Shown one piece after another: positions 44,720 through 54,686 of a stretch of DNA of 64,000 nucleotides. A program made the position numbers and the translations under genes. Under the pieces are notes generated by a model. The model was not told where the DNA came from and did no database searches. It worked only from the letters and a program-made list of their open reading frames with translations. Position 1 is the stretch's first letter, and each line of letters opens with the position of its first letter. Source of the DNA: an uncultured Pseudomonadota bacterium (GTDB lineage: Bacteria; Myxococcota_A; Polyangia; Fen-1088); NCBI GenBank assembly GCA_963847705.1, contig CAWKBC010000007.1:64001-128000 (forward strand). The letters are read 5' to 3'.

Positions 44720-44782
44720 TTGCCAGAGTTCGGCCCACCTCATTTGAAGCGCCCGGAACCCTGACGGGCGTCCGTCAGATCG

Positions 44783-44940
44783 GTGCGGATCGAGCGCCGC
44801 CGCCCGGACCGCGCCGAGGGCCGCACCGGACTTTTTCGGCGGCGTGGGCTGCGTCTCGCAATTGAAAGGGCAGCCCACGCCGCCGAAAAAGTTCCGCGCG
44901 GCCCTCGGCTTGGACCCGAGCAGCGGCGTTCATCCGCGCG
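44783..44940. repeat. Long imperfect palindrome with a perfect 23-bp core
   Basis: 44830-44852 is the exact reverse complement of 44870-44892 (17-nt loop); the arms extend imperfectly to about 70 bp. Confidence 0.85.
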
Positions 44941-44962
44941 TAATGGGGGTCGCCTTCGGCTC

Positions 44963-45212
44963 CGGGCATCTGGCGAGCGGGCGTCTGGCCGGCGAACGTC
45001 TGGCCGGCGGGCGTCTGGCGAGCGGGCGTCTGGCCGGCGGACGTCTGGCCGGCGGGCGAGCGAGGGGCCGGCGAGCGAGGGGCCGGCGAGCGAAGCGACG
45101 CCGGCCTCGATGCGAGCCCCGCGGAGCTGGCCGCGAGCGAGGCCCGGCGAGCGAAGCGACGCCGCGCCGATGCGAGCCGGCGAGCGAAGCGACGCCGGCC
45201 CCGATGCGAGCC
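44963..45212 (-). repeat. Six 15-bp tandem units followed by inverted copies of the 59/60-bp unit
   Basis: (cgggcgtctggccgg)x6 at 44963-45052, then three ccggcgagcgaagcgacgccg modules. Confidence 0.88.
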
Positions 45213-45239
45213 CGGCCCCGGGCCGCAAGCCCGGAGGGG

Positions 45240-46565
<1,326 letters not shown>

Positions 46566-46623
46566 GACGGGAAACATATCTTACCCGGAACCGGGCGAGG
46601 GTTCCGCAGCGTCGATCGTCGTC

Positions 46624-46661
46624 GGAACCCTCGAAGGGTTCCGCTCCTCCCGCGACGGGCT
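46624..46661. repeat. REP-like hairpin copy between divergent thrC and thrA
   Basis: GGAACCCT-cga-AGGGTTCC-gct-CCTCCCGCGACGGGCT. Confidence 0.75.
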
Positions 46662-46716
46662 CGGTCCAGCGGAGCTGGCCCTCCCCCACGCGATCCTGAT
46701 ACACCTTCGTCCGAAC

Positions 46717-49332
46717 ATGACCCCGAAGAATGTCTTTCCGAACGCCCGGAAGCTGGGCATCGAGATTCACAAGTTCGGTGGCGCGTCGCTGGCCGATGCG
46801 GCTGCTTTTCGGCGCGTCGTGGAGATCGTCAAGACGCGGAGCGCGCCGCGCATCGTGGTGGTGTCGGCGCCCGCCGGCGTGACCGACACGCTGCTGGGGC
46901 TCGCCAAGCGGGCGGCGGCCGGCGACGGCGAGGGCGGCGCGAAGGAGATCGACGATCTCGGTGGCCGCTATCTCGAAATCCTGCGCGGCGCGGCCAAACG
47001 CGGCACCAAGGAGGTGGCGGCCGAGATCGCGCGTTCGATGGATGAGCTGGAGCGGCTGCTCTCCAGCCTGGCCGTGCTCAAGGAGCTGACGCCGCGCACC
47101 CGCGACTTCATCGTCAGCCGGGGCGAGCGCCTCTCGGCGCGGCTGCTGACGGCGGCGCTGGGCGCGGCCGGCGTGCGGGCGCGCTACGTCGACGCCACCG
47201 AGGTCATCTTCACCGACGGACCGTTCGGCGGCGCCTCGCCCAACCTGATGTTGACCGACCTGGCCGCCCGCAAGCTGCTGCGCCCGCTCTGCGCCGCCGG
47301 GCTGACGCCGGTCATCCCCGGGTTCATCGGCGCCGCCAAGGTTGACGAACGAGACGGCGAGAGGGACGGCGACCACGGGCACGGGCAGGGCGACGCCCGG
47401 CGCGCGCTCGGCGTGGCCACGCTCGGACGCGGCGGGACCGATCTGACCGCCACCCTGCTCGGGCGCGCGCTGTCGGCGAAGGAGATCTGCCTCTGGAAGG
47501 ACGTCCCGGGACTGCTCACCGCCGATCCGCGGGTGGTCCCCGACGCCCGCGTGATCCCGCAGCTGCATGTCCGCGAGGCGGCCGAGCTGGCCTACTTCGG
47601 CGCCAAGGTCCTGCACCCGCGGGCGCTCATCCCCGTCTCCGGCCGCTCGATCCCGGTGTTCGTGCGGCCGTTCGCCGACGCGACCGCCGCCGGCACCGAG
47701 ATCTCCGCCCGCCGCACGCTCGATCGCTACCCGGTCAAGGCGCTCTCGGCGGTGGGGGGGCAGGCGCTGCTCACCGTCGCCGGGAACGGCATGCTGGGCG
47801 TGCCAGGGATCGCGGCGCGGACCTTCGAGGCGCTGCACCTCCAGGGGATCAGCGTCTCGCTCATCTCCCAGTCGTCGTCCGAGCAGTCGATCTGCTTCTC
47901 GGTCCCCGAGGGGGCGGCGCTGCGGGCCCGCGATCGGCTGACCGAGGAGTTCCGCGATCAGATCGCGCGCGGCGAGATCGACGGCATCGATTCGCTCTCC
48001 GGGCTGGCGACCGTGGCGGTGGTCGGGATCGGCATGGCCGGCCACCTGGGCATCGCGGCGCGCGTGTTCGCGGCCCTGGCCGAGGCCAAGATCAACATCG
48101 TCGCCATCGCGCAAGGGTCGTCAGAGCTCAACATCTCGTTCGTGGTGGCGGCCAAGGACGTGGGGGCCGCGCAGCGGGCGGTGCACGGCGCCTTTCAGCT
48201 GTCGAAGATCGGCGGAGGGGCCGCCGCGCGCGCGGCGCACACCGACACCGTGCTGCTCGGCTTCGGCCAGATCGGACGCGCCCTGGCCAAGATCATGGCC
48301 CAGGGCCAAAGCGGCAAGAACGGCAAGAACGGCAACAGCAGGAAGTCCAAGCTGCGCCTGGTTGCGGCCATCGATCGATCAGGGTTCGTCTTCGACCCCA
48401 ACGGGCTTTCCCCGCGCGTGGTGGCGGCGCTCTCCGCGGCCAAGGAGAAGGGGAAGTCGCTGGCGGAGGTGCCCGGCGGCCGCGCCGCGGCGCCCGCCGA
48501 CGCGCTGGCGGCGCTGGCCGAGCATGCGCTCGGCGATCCGATCCTGGTCGACGTCACCGCCGACGAGAGCACGCCGCTCATCCGCCAGGCGCTGGGCGCG
48601 GGAATGGACGTGGTGCTGGCCAACAAGCGGCCCATCTCGGGCCCGCGCGCCGAGAGCGAGGCGCTGGCGGCGCTGGCGGAGAGCGCCGGGCGGCGCCTCC
48701 TGACCGAGGCCACCGTCGGCGCCGGGCTGCCGATCTTCGACACGCACCGCAAGCTGGTCGAATCGGGCGATCGCGTCCTCAAGATCGAAGGCTGTCTCTC
48801 GGGGACGCTCGGCTTCGTGCTGACCGAGGTCGAGAAGGGGCGGTCGTTCTCCGCGGCGCTCGGCCGCGCGATGGCGCTCGGCTACACCGAGCCCGACCCG
48901 CGCGACGATCTCTCGGGCGTGGACGTCGGGCGCAAGGCGCTGATCCTCGGACGGCTGCTGGCCTTCGCTGGGGAGCCGGCCGACGTCGCGGTCGAGTCGC
49001 TGGTGCCGGCGGCGATGCAGGCGCTCCCCCGGGAGGCGTTCCTGGCGCGCCTCGCCGACGTCGACGCCGACTGGTCGCGCCGCGCCGCCGCGGCCAAGGC
49101 CAAGGGCGCCACGCTTCGCTACGTCGCGACGGTGACGAAGGACCGCATCTCCGTCGGGCTGAAGGTCGTCGACCGGTCGAGCCCCTTCTACGGCCTCAAG
49201 GGGACCGACAACCAGGTCGCCTTCACCACCTCGCGCTACCGCAAGAACCCGCTGGTCATCACCGGCCCCGGCGCCGGCCCGGCCGTCACGGCGGCCGGCG
49301 TGCTCAACGACATGCTCCGCGTCAGCGGCTGA
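46717..49332 (+). CDS. thrA: Bifunctional aspartate kinase / homoserine dehydrogenase
   Basis: KFGGASL, TLGRGGTD, DVPGLLTADPR, two ACT domains, GFGQIG, EATVGAGLP, GYTEPDPRDDLSG, GPGAG..VTAAGV. Confidence 0.93.
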   Translation: MTPKNVFPNARKLGIEIHKFGGASLADAAAFRRVVEIVKTRSAPRIVVVSAPAGVTDTLLGLAKRAAAGDGEGGAKEIDDLGGRYLEILRGAAKRGTKEVAAEIARSMDELERLLSSLAVLKELTPRTRDFIVSRGERLSARLLTAALGAAGVRARYVDATEVIFTDGPFGGASPNLMLTDLAARKLLRPLCAAGLTPVIPGFIGAAKVDERDGERDGDHGHGQGDARRALGVATLGRGGTDLTATLLGRALSAKEICLWKDVPGLLTADPRVVPDARVIPQLHVREAAELAYFGAKVLHPRALIPVSGRSIPVFVRPFADATAAGTEISARRTLDRYPVKALSAVGGQALLTVAGNGMLGVPGIAARTFEALHLQGISVSLISQSSSEQSICFSVPEGAALRARDRLTEEFRDQIARGEIDGIDSLSGLATVAVVGIGMAGHLGIAARVFAALAEAKINIVAIAQGSSELNISFVVAAKDVGAAQRAVHGAFQLSKIGGGAAARAAHTDTVLLGFGQIGRALAKIMAQGQSGKNGKNGNSRKSKLRLVAAIDRSGFVFDPNGLSPRVVAALSAAKEKGKSLAEVPGGRAAAPADALAALAEHALGDPILVDVTADESTPLIRQALGAGMDVVLANKRPISGPRAESEALAALAESAGRRLLTEATVGAGLPIFDTHRKLVESGDRVLKIEGCLSGTLGFVLTEVEKGRSFSAALGRAMALGYTEPDPRDDLSGVDVGRKALILGRLLAFAGEPADVAVESLVPAAMQALPREAFLARLADVDADWSRRAAAAKAKGATLRYVATVTKDRISVGLKVVDRSSPFYGLKGTDNQVAFTTSRYRKNPLVITGPGAGPAVTAAGVLNDMLRVSG

Positions 49333-49418
49333 GCTCGCCAGCAACTCCCTCCATCGTCGCGAAACAATGATCGCGTCGAGCGCAGGCGGGCTTTGCCCGC
49401 TGGAGCTCATCGCGGGAC

Positions 49419-49451
49419 AAAAAAAAACGGGAGGCCGAGGCCTCCCGTTTT
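49419..49451 (-). terminator. Intrinsic terminator (U9 tail on the minus strand, probably bidirectional)
   Basis: A9-CGGGAGGCC-ga-GGCCTCCCG-TTTT between convergent thrA and porin genes. Confidence 0.88.
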
Positions 49452-49484
49452 GTGCTGCCTAAGTCTTAACTGGTGATGCGGCGG

Positions 49485-50765
49485 CTAGAACCAGGTGAGG
49501 GCCGCGATTTCGCCGGTGATGGCGTCGGACTTTCCCGTCGCCCCACCGCCCTCGAGCACGGCCACGCCATCATCCTTGGCGGCAAAGTCGCCCCGAACCT
49601 CAGGGCGCAGCTCGAAGTTCTTACCCACGTCGATGCCCAGCATGATGGTTCCTTCTCCCTGCTTGGTGGTGATCGATCCCACCGGGCTCGCGTCGACATG
49701 GCTCGCCAAGAACTCGCCACGGGCCGCAACGTTCAGGTGGTCGCTGATCACGTAGCGTCCCATAAGGGAGGCGCCGACTTGGTAGTCGGCCGCGACGTCG
49801 TCGTAGGCCTTGATGTAGTCGATGTTCAGGTTGAGGCCGAAGTTGCTGTTGACCGTGTACGCGGCGACGATGTCGAGCAGGAAGCGCAGGTCACCCGGAG
49901 TGGCGCCCGGGTTCGGCTGCGGCTGCCCTTCCTTGCCGAAGTACGTGGTCGCGATGAGCGACAGTGCCGGAGAGGCGGTGACCGTCGCCGACAGGCCGAT
50001 CGTCTTCCAGGCATTGAAGTCGGGGTCGTTGTTCCAGCCGTTGACCACGCTGGCCTGGACGGTGACCATGTCGTTGATCTTCAAGTTGGCGCGAACACCG
50101 GTGTGGAGCAGCGGGATGGCGTTGAAGAGCAGCGAGCGGGAATAGAGCCAGTTCTTGTTGGCCTCGATGACCTCGGCGCCCGCCGTGGTGGTGAACTTAC
50201 CGAAGTCGAGGGTGAGGTTGCCCGGCAGCGAGATCTCGCCGAAGGCCTGCTCCACCAGGAAATTGTTTCCGGTTTGCGCTGACACCGCCGAGTTGGTGCC
50301 GGCCGTCGAATCGATCGAGTTATTGATGATCGTTCCGACCGACCCGTATCCAAGGTCGAGTTGGAGGGAGACCACATCCAGCGAAGCATTCATCGTCAAC
50401 TTGGCGAGCGCGAGCGTGAAGCTGTTCGCGTTGGTGTCGAACGCGCGGCCCACGGCCACCGGGAACGGCGGCTGAGGGAACTGCAGCGAGTTCGAGCCCG
50501 AGGGCGGGGTGAAGTTATAGAGGTAGTAGGTGTCGACCAACCCGCCGAAGACGAACTTCGGCGACGGGGCTGCCGGAGCCGCAGCGGGTGCCGGCGGCAC
50601 AGCCGGCGGCGCCACGACGACAGTCGGCGCCGGCGCGGGCGTGACCACCACCGCAGGCGGCGGGGGCGGCGGCGGAGCGGCGTCAGCCGGCGGCGGCGTT
50701 TGCGCGAACGCGCGAACTGGCACCACCACAGCAATCGCAAGCAGGCATGCACGAAGTCGCATCAA
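49485..50765 (-). CDS. Outer-membrane beta-barrel protein / porin (BBP2-like)
   Basis: Signal peptide, Pro-rich linker, G.VDTYY.YNF, GKF.T..GAEVIEA.KNWLYSRS, VNGW, C-terminal WF. Confidence 0.85.
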   Translation of the reverse strand: MMRLRACLLAIAVVVPVRAFAQTPPPADAAPPPPPPPAVVVTPAPAPTVVVAPPAVPPAPAAAPAAPSPKFVFGGLVDTYYLYNFTPPSGSNSLQFPQPPFPVAVGRAFDTNANSFTLALAKLTMNASLDVVSLQLDLGYGSVGTIINNSIDSTAGTNSAVSAQTGNNFLVEQAFGEISLPGNLTLDFGKFTTTAGAEVIEANKNWLYSRSLLFNAIPLLHTGVRANLKINDMVTVQASVVNGWNNDPDFNAWKTIGLSATVTASPALSLIATTYFGKEGQPQPNPGATPGDLRFLLDIVAAYTVNSNFGLNLNIDYIKAYDDVAADYQVGASLMGRYVISDHLNVAARGEFLASHVDASPVGSITTKQGEGTIMLGIDVGKNFELRPEVRGDFAAKDDGVAVLEGGGATGKSDAITGEIAALTWF

Positions 50766-50962
50766 TGATCCCTCCCAGGTTGATTTCTTTGATCTTGGTC
50801 GTCGCTAACTTCGCGGACCGTAGCTGCGGCTGGGGTTCATGTAAAGACTTTCAGGACATGCCTTAATAGATTTTGCTGGCGCGAAACTCCTTGGAAATAA
50901 GCCGGAAACGTCGCGGGTCGCGCGGTTGCAGAATGCCGTTAAAACCCGGCTATTTGGCTAGA

Positions 50963-52444
50963 TCAGGACGTCGGAAACAACGGGGTGTGATCTATCCCCG
51001 CCATCAAACGGATCAAGGATCCTTGCTCCGCTCCGCGCGGCAGCGCGCCGACCAGATGCCCTTCGCGCAGCACCAACATCCGGGTCGACAGCGCGATCAG
51101 CTCGGGCAGCTCGCTCGAGATCAGGAGGATTCCGGTTCCCGCCTCCGCGAGATCGTGGATCAGCGAATGGATTTCAGATTTCGCGCCGACGTCCACGCCG
51201 CGGGTCGGCTCGTCGAGGATCAGAAGCCGGCATCGCGTGGCCAGCCATTTGGCGAAGACGATCTTCTGCTGGTTCCCACCCGACAGCCCGACCGTCGCCG
51301 CGTCGAGGTTGGGGGTGCGCATGTTGAGGCGCTGGAAGGCCTCCTCGCCGAGCGCGCGCTCCGCTCCCGAGGGCAGCCATCCCCAGCGCGCGAGCTGCGG
51401 CAGCACGGGGAGCGCCAGGTTTTGATTGCCTGACATCTGAGGAATGAACCCCTGCCGTTTCCGATCTTCCGGCACCAGGCCGACGCCCGCCCGCATCGCC
51501 GCCAGGGGCGAGCCAGCAGAAAGCGCCTTCCCTTCGACCTCCACCCGACCGGCCGAGGCGTCGTCCAACCCAAAGATCGCCTTGGCCACGTCGGAGCGAC
51601 CGGCGCCCACCAAACCGGCCAGGCCGACGATCTCGCCGGCGCGGACCTCGAAGCTGACCTCGTGAAACTTGCCCGGGCTCGACAGCCGGTCGACCCGCAG
51701 GATCACCTCGCCCGGCGCGCGCCTGGCCTGCTTGGGAAGATAGAGGTCGAGGCGGCGTCCGATCATCAGCTCGACCAGGGCGGCCTCATCGAGCGCGCGC
51801 GTCGGCTGCGTCGTGACGTGCCGTCCGTCGCGCAGGACGGTGATGGTGTCGCAGAGGCGGAAGATCTCCGGCATCCGGTGCGAGACGTAGACGCAGGTGA
51901 CCCCGCGCTCGCGAAGCCGCCCCATCAGCCCATAGAGGTGGTGGGCCTCCTGTTCCGAGAGGCTGCTGGTCGGCTCGTCGAAGATGATGACGCGCGCGCC
52001 GCCGCCGACCGCCGAGGCGATCTGCACCACCTGCTGCTCGGCGACGGTCAGCTCGCCCACCAGCCGGTGGACGTCGATGGTCGCCTCGATCGCCTCCAGC
52101 AGCTGGCGGCCGCGCCGCTCCACCGCCGGGCGATCAACGAAGGGCCCGCGCCGCGGGAGCGCCCCCAGGCAGAGGTTCTCGGCCACCGACATGTTCTCGC
52201 AGAAGGCCAGCTCCTGATGGACCATGCCCACCCCGGCGCGGAGCGCGTCGCGCGGGCTGTCGAACCGGACCGGCCGGCCGTCGAGCAGGATCTCCCCGCC
52301 GTCCGGGGTGTCGATCCCCGCCAGCAGCTTGCCGAGCGTGCTCTTCCCGGCGCCGTTCTCGCCGCACAGCGCGTGGCACGAGCCGGCCGCGATGTCGAAG
52401 CTGACCTCCTCCAGCGCGCGCACGCCGGGGAAGCGCTTCTCCAC
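50963..52444 (-). CDS. Sugar ABC transporter ATP-binding protein (RbsA/MglA-like, two ABC domains)
   Basis: GENGAGKSTL, VPEDRK, LSGGNQQK, DEPTRGVDVGAK, SSELPEL; the true start may be a few codons upstream. Confidence 0.94.
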   Translation of the reverse strand: MEKRFPGVRALEEVSFDIAAGSCHALCGENGAGKSTLGKLLAGIDTPDGGEILLDGRPVRFDSPRDALRAGVGMVHQELAFCENMSVAENLCLGALPRRGPFVDRPAVERRGRQLLEAIEATIDVHRLVGELTVAEQQVVQIASAVGGGARVIIFDEPTSSLSEQEAHHLYGLMGRLRERGVTCVYVSHRMPEIFRLCDTITVLRDGRHVTTQPTRALDEAALVELMIGRRLDLYLPKQARRAPGEVILRVDRLSSPGKFHEVSFEVRAGEIVGLAGLVGAGRSDVAKAIFGLDDASAGRVEVEGKALSAGSPLAAMRAGVGLVPEDRKRQGFIPQMSGNQNLALPVLPQLARWGWLPSGAERALGEEAFQRLNMRTPNLDAATVGLSGGNQQKIVFAKWLATRCRLLILDEPTRGVDVGAKSEIHSLIHDLAEAGTGILLISSELPELIALSTRMLVLREGHLVGALPRGAEQGSLIRLMAGIDHTPLFPTS

Positions 52445-52484
52445 CCGCCGAAAGGAGATGATCGGGGCGTCGTCCAGGGCCCGC

Positions 52485-53573
52485 CTACTTCAGCTTCAGA
52501 TATTCCTCGGGGACGTCGGGGAAGCCCCACTGGCGGAGCTGGCGCGACCACGAGCCGAGCGTGTCGATGGTGACCCGCGCCGGGTCCATCGGGATGATCT
52601 CGGGGACGTCCTTCTTGTAGAAGAGCTTGTCGACGATCTTGGTGACCGCGACGTTCCCCCAGAGGTACGACGACTGCGCCAGCAGCACCGGCGCCAGCCC
52701 CTTCTCGACGTAAGGGAGCTCCGGCGGCAGCGCGTCGACGGCCACCAGCTTGATCTTCTTGGGGTCGAGATCGGTGAGCAGCGTCTTGGTGTAAAGCGCC
52801 CACCCGCCCGCCATCGCCCACCCCTTGATGCCCGGGTAGGCGTTGTTCACCCGGATCACCTCGGCGGCGGCGTCCTGTGGCGTCTCGTTGTGATAAAACG
52901 TTCCGACGATCTGGATCCCCTTGGATTTGGCCGCCTCCGCCTTGATCCCGTCGACCCGGCGCCGCAGGTTGGGGGCGTTCTGATTGCCGGCCAGGATGGC
53001 CACCTTCCCCTTGCCGTCGAGCAGCTTGGAGAGCTCCTCCATGACCTGCTCACCGACCCGGAAGTCGTCGATGCCGTAGTAGGCGAAGCGCTTGGACTTC
53101 GGCGCATCGCTGTCGAAGGTCATGACCGGCACGCCGCGCGCCACCGCGTCGTCGATGGCGCCGGTCAGCTTGCCGGCGTCGGAACAGGAGACCAGGACGG
53201 CGTTGGCCCCCTCGTTGACCGCCTGCGCGATCCGCTGCGCCTGAATCTGTCCGTCCTCGACGGGCGGGGTCAGCCAGACGATCTCGATGGGGACGCCGAT
53301 CTTGGCCGAGAGATCGCGCGCCGCCGTCTCGGCGCCGCGACGGGCCGAGAGAAAGACCGGGTTGGTCGAGCTCTTGGCGATCATGGCGATGCGGATCGGC
53401 TTCTGCGCGGGATGCGCCGGCTCGGGCGTGGCAGGGGCCGGCGGCGGCGCCTGGCTGGCCGGCTGGTGACACCCTGCGACGGCCACCGCCGCCAGCATCG
53501 CCAGGAGACCCACCCGAATCGCGCCAACGGCACCGACCGCGCGCGCGCGACCCACGAACCGAGCGTTCCTCAT
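52485..53573 (-). CDS. Sugar ABC transporter substrate-binding lipoprotein (RbsB-like)
   Basis: Lipobox AVAGC, KSSTNPVF, GVPVMTFDSD; ATGA coupling. Confidence 0.9.
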   Translation of the reverse strand: MRNARFVGRARAVGAVGAIRVGLLAMLAAVAVAGCHQPASQAPPPAPATPEPAHPAQKPIRIAMIAKSSTNPVFLSARRGAETAARDLSAKIGVPIEIVWLTPPVEDGQIQAQRIAQAVNEGANAVLVSCSDAGKLTGAIDDAVARGVPVMTFDSDAPKSKRFAYYGIDDFRVGEQVMEELSKLLDGKGKVAILAGNQNAPNLRRRVDGIKAEAAKSKGIQIVGTFYHNETPQDAAAEVIRVNNAYPGIKGWAMAGGWALYTKTLLTDLDPKKIKLVAVDALPPELPYVEKGLAPVLLAQSSYLWGNVAVTKIVDKLFYKKDVPEIIPMDPARVTIDTLGSWSRQLRQWGFPDVPEEYLKLK

Positions 53574-54604
53574 CTCTCCGTCCGCCCCCCTTCCGCCAGT
53601 CTGCGCGCCGCAAACCTGGCGCTCGCTTGATCGAGAACCACCGCAACGACAATGGCACATCCGATGATGATCCATTCGTAGTTCTGATCGAGGTGCAGCG
53701 TCCGGATGGACTGCCGGATGAGGACGATGAGGACGGCACCGAGCATCGCGTTGATGGCACTCCCACGACCGCCGCTCAACCGAGCGCCGCCGACGACCGC
53801 GGAGGCGATGACGTATAACTCATATCCAGTCGCGTCTCCACAGGAGACCGAGCCGTAGAAGCTGGCCCCCAGGAAGGCCGCCAGCCCGGCGGTCCCGCCG
53901 GCCAGGACGTAGACGCCGATCTGGATTCGCCCCAGGCGCAGCCCCGAATAGCGGCTGGCCTCGGCGTTCCCTCCCAGCGCGAAGACGTGGCGGCCCATCA
54001 CCGTCCGATCGAGGTAGAGCGCCCCCAGCGCCGCGACCGCCAGCATGCCCAGCATCGGCACCGGATAGAGCGCCGTCCCCAGGCCGAGCGGCGCCTTGGC
54101 GAAGTGGGCCAGCGATTCGGGAAGCATGATGCTCTCCGCCTTGCTGGTGACGAAGGCGATGCCGCGCAGGATCCACATGCTCCCCAGCGTGATGATGAAC
54201 GGGTGGACCTTCAGGCCGACCACCATCGCGCCGTTGACCGCGCCGGCGGCCAGACCGATCGCGACACAGATGAAGAGGCCCAGCCAGACGGCGCCCGGGC
54301 CGCCCGCGCTGTTGCGGAGGGCGAGGCCCATCACCACCCCGGCCAGCGCATAGACCGACCCCACCGAGAGGTCGATCCCCGCCGAGATGATCACCACCGT
54401 GGCGCCCACCGCCATGATGGCGATGAAGCTGGCGTCGGTGGCGGTCTGGATCAGCGTGTACGAGTTGAAGAAGTTGTTGACGGTCGCGCCGGTCGATTCG
54501 TCGACGTGCGACCCGGCCGCGATGGCCAGCGCGGCCATCAGCGCGGCGATGATGAGGAGGAGACCCGCTTGCTGCGAGCGCAGCAGCCGGCGCAAGACGA
54601 TCAT
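53570..54604 (-). CDS. Sugar ABC transporter permease (RbsC-like)
   Basis: AGIDLSVGS, PFIITLG, GGNAEASRYSG, YELYVIASAVVGG. Confidence 0.93.
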   Translation of the reverse strand: MIVLRRLLRSQQAGLLLIIAALMAALAIAAGSHVDESTGATVNNFFNSYTLIQTATDASFIAIMAVGATVVIISAGIDLSVGSVYALAGVVMGLALRNSAGGPGAVWLGLFICVAIGLAAGAVNGAMVVGLKVHPFIITLGSMWILRGIAFVTSKAESIMLPESLAHFAKAPLGLGTALYPVPMLGMLAVAALGALYLDRTVMGRHVFALGGNAEASRYSGLRLGRIQIGVYVLAGGTAGLAAFLGASFYGSVSCGDATGYELYVIASAVVGGARLSGGRGSAINAMLGAVLIVLIRQSIRTLHLDQNYEWIIIGCAIVVAVVLDQASARFAARRLAEGGRTER

Positions 54605-54686
54605 GGCGCGCGGCATTCTACCCGCGGCCCGTGGATTTCCCGAATTGAATCAACCCGGTGCTCACCGGATCCAAGCCGGAACAGGC

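Noticed and set aside
44830-44892. Intrinsic terminator
   Set aside because: The T-run is 5' of the stem on both strands, so neither strand has a 3' U-tail.
44569-45212. Possible CRISPR array or repeat-protein ORFs, including the N-terminal extension of the gltB ORF to 44738
   Set aside because: Units are contiguous with no unique spacers, and the ORFs are translations of GC-rich repeats. GltB similarity begins at ATG 44453.
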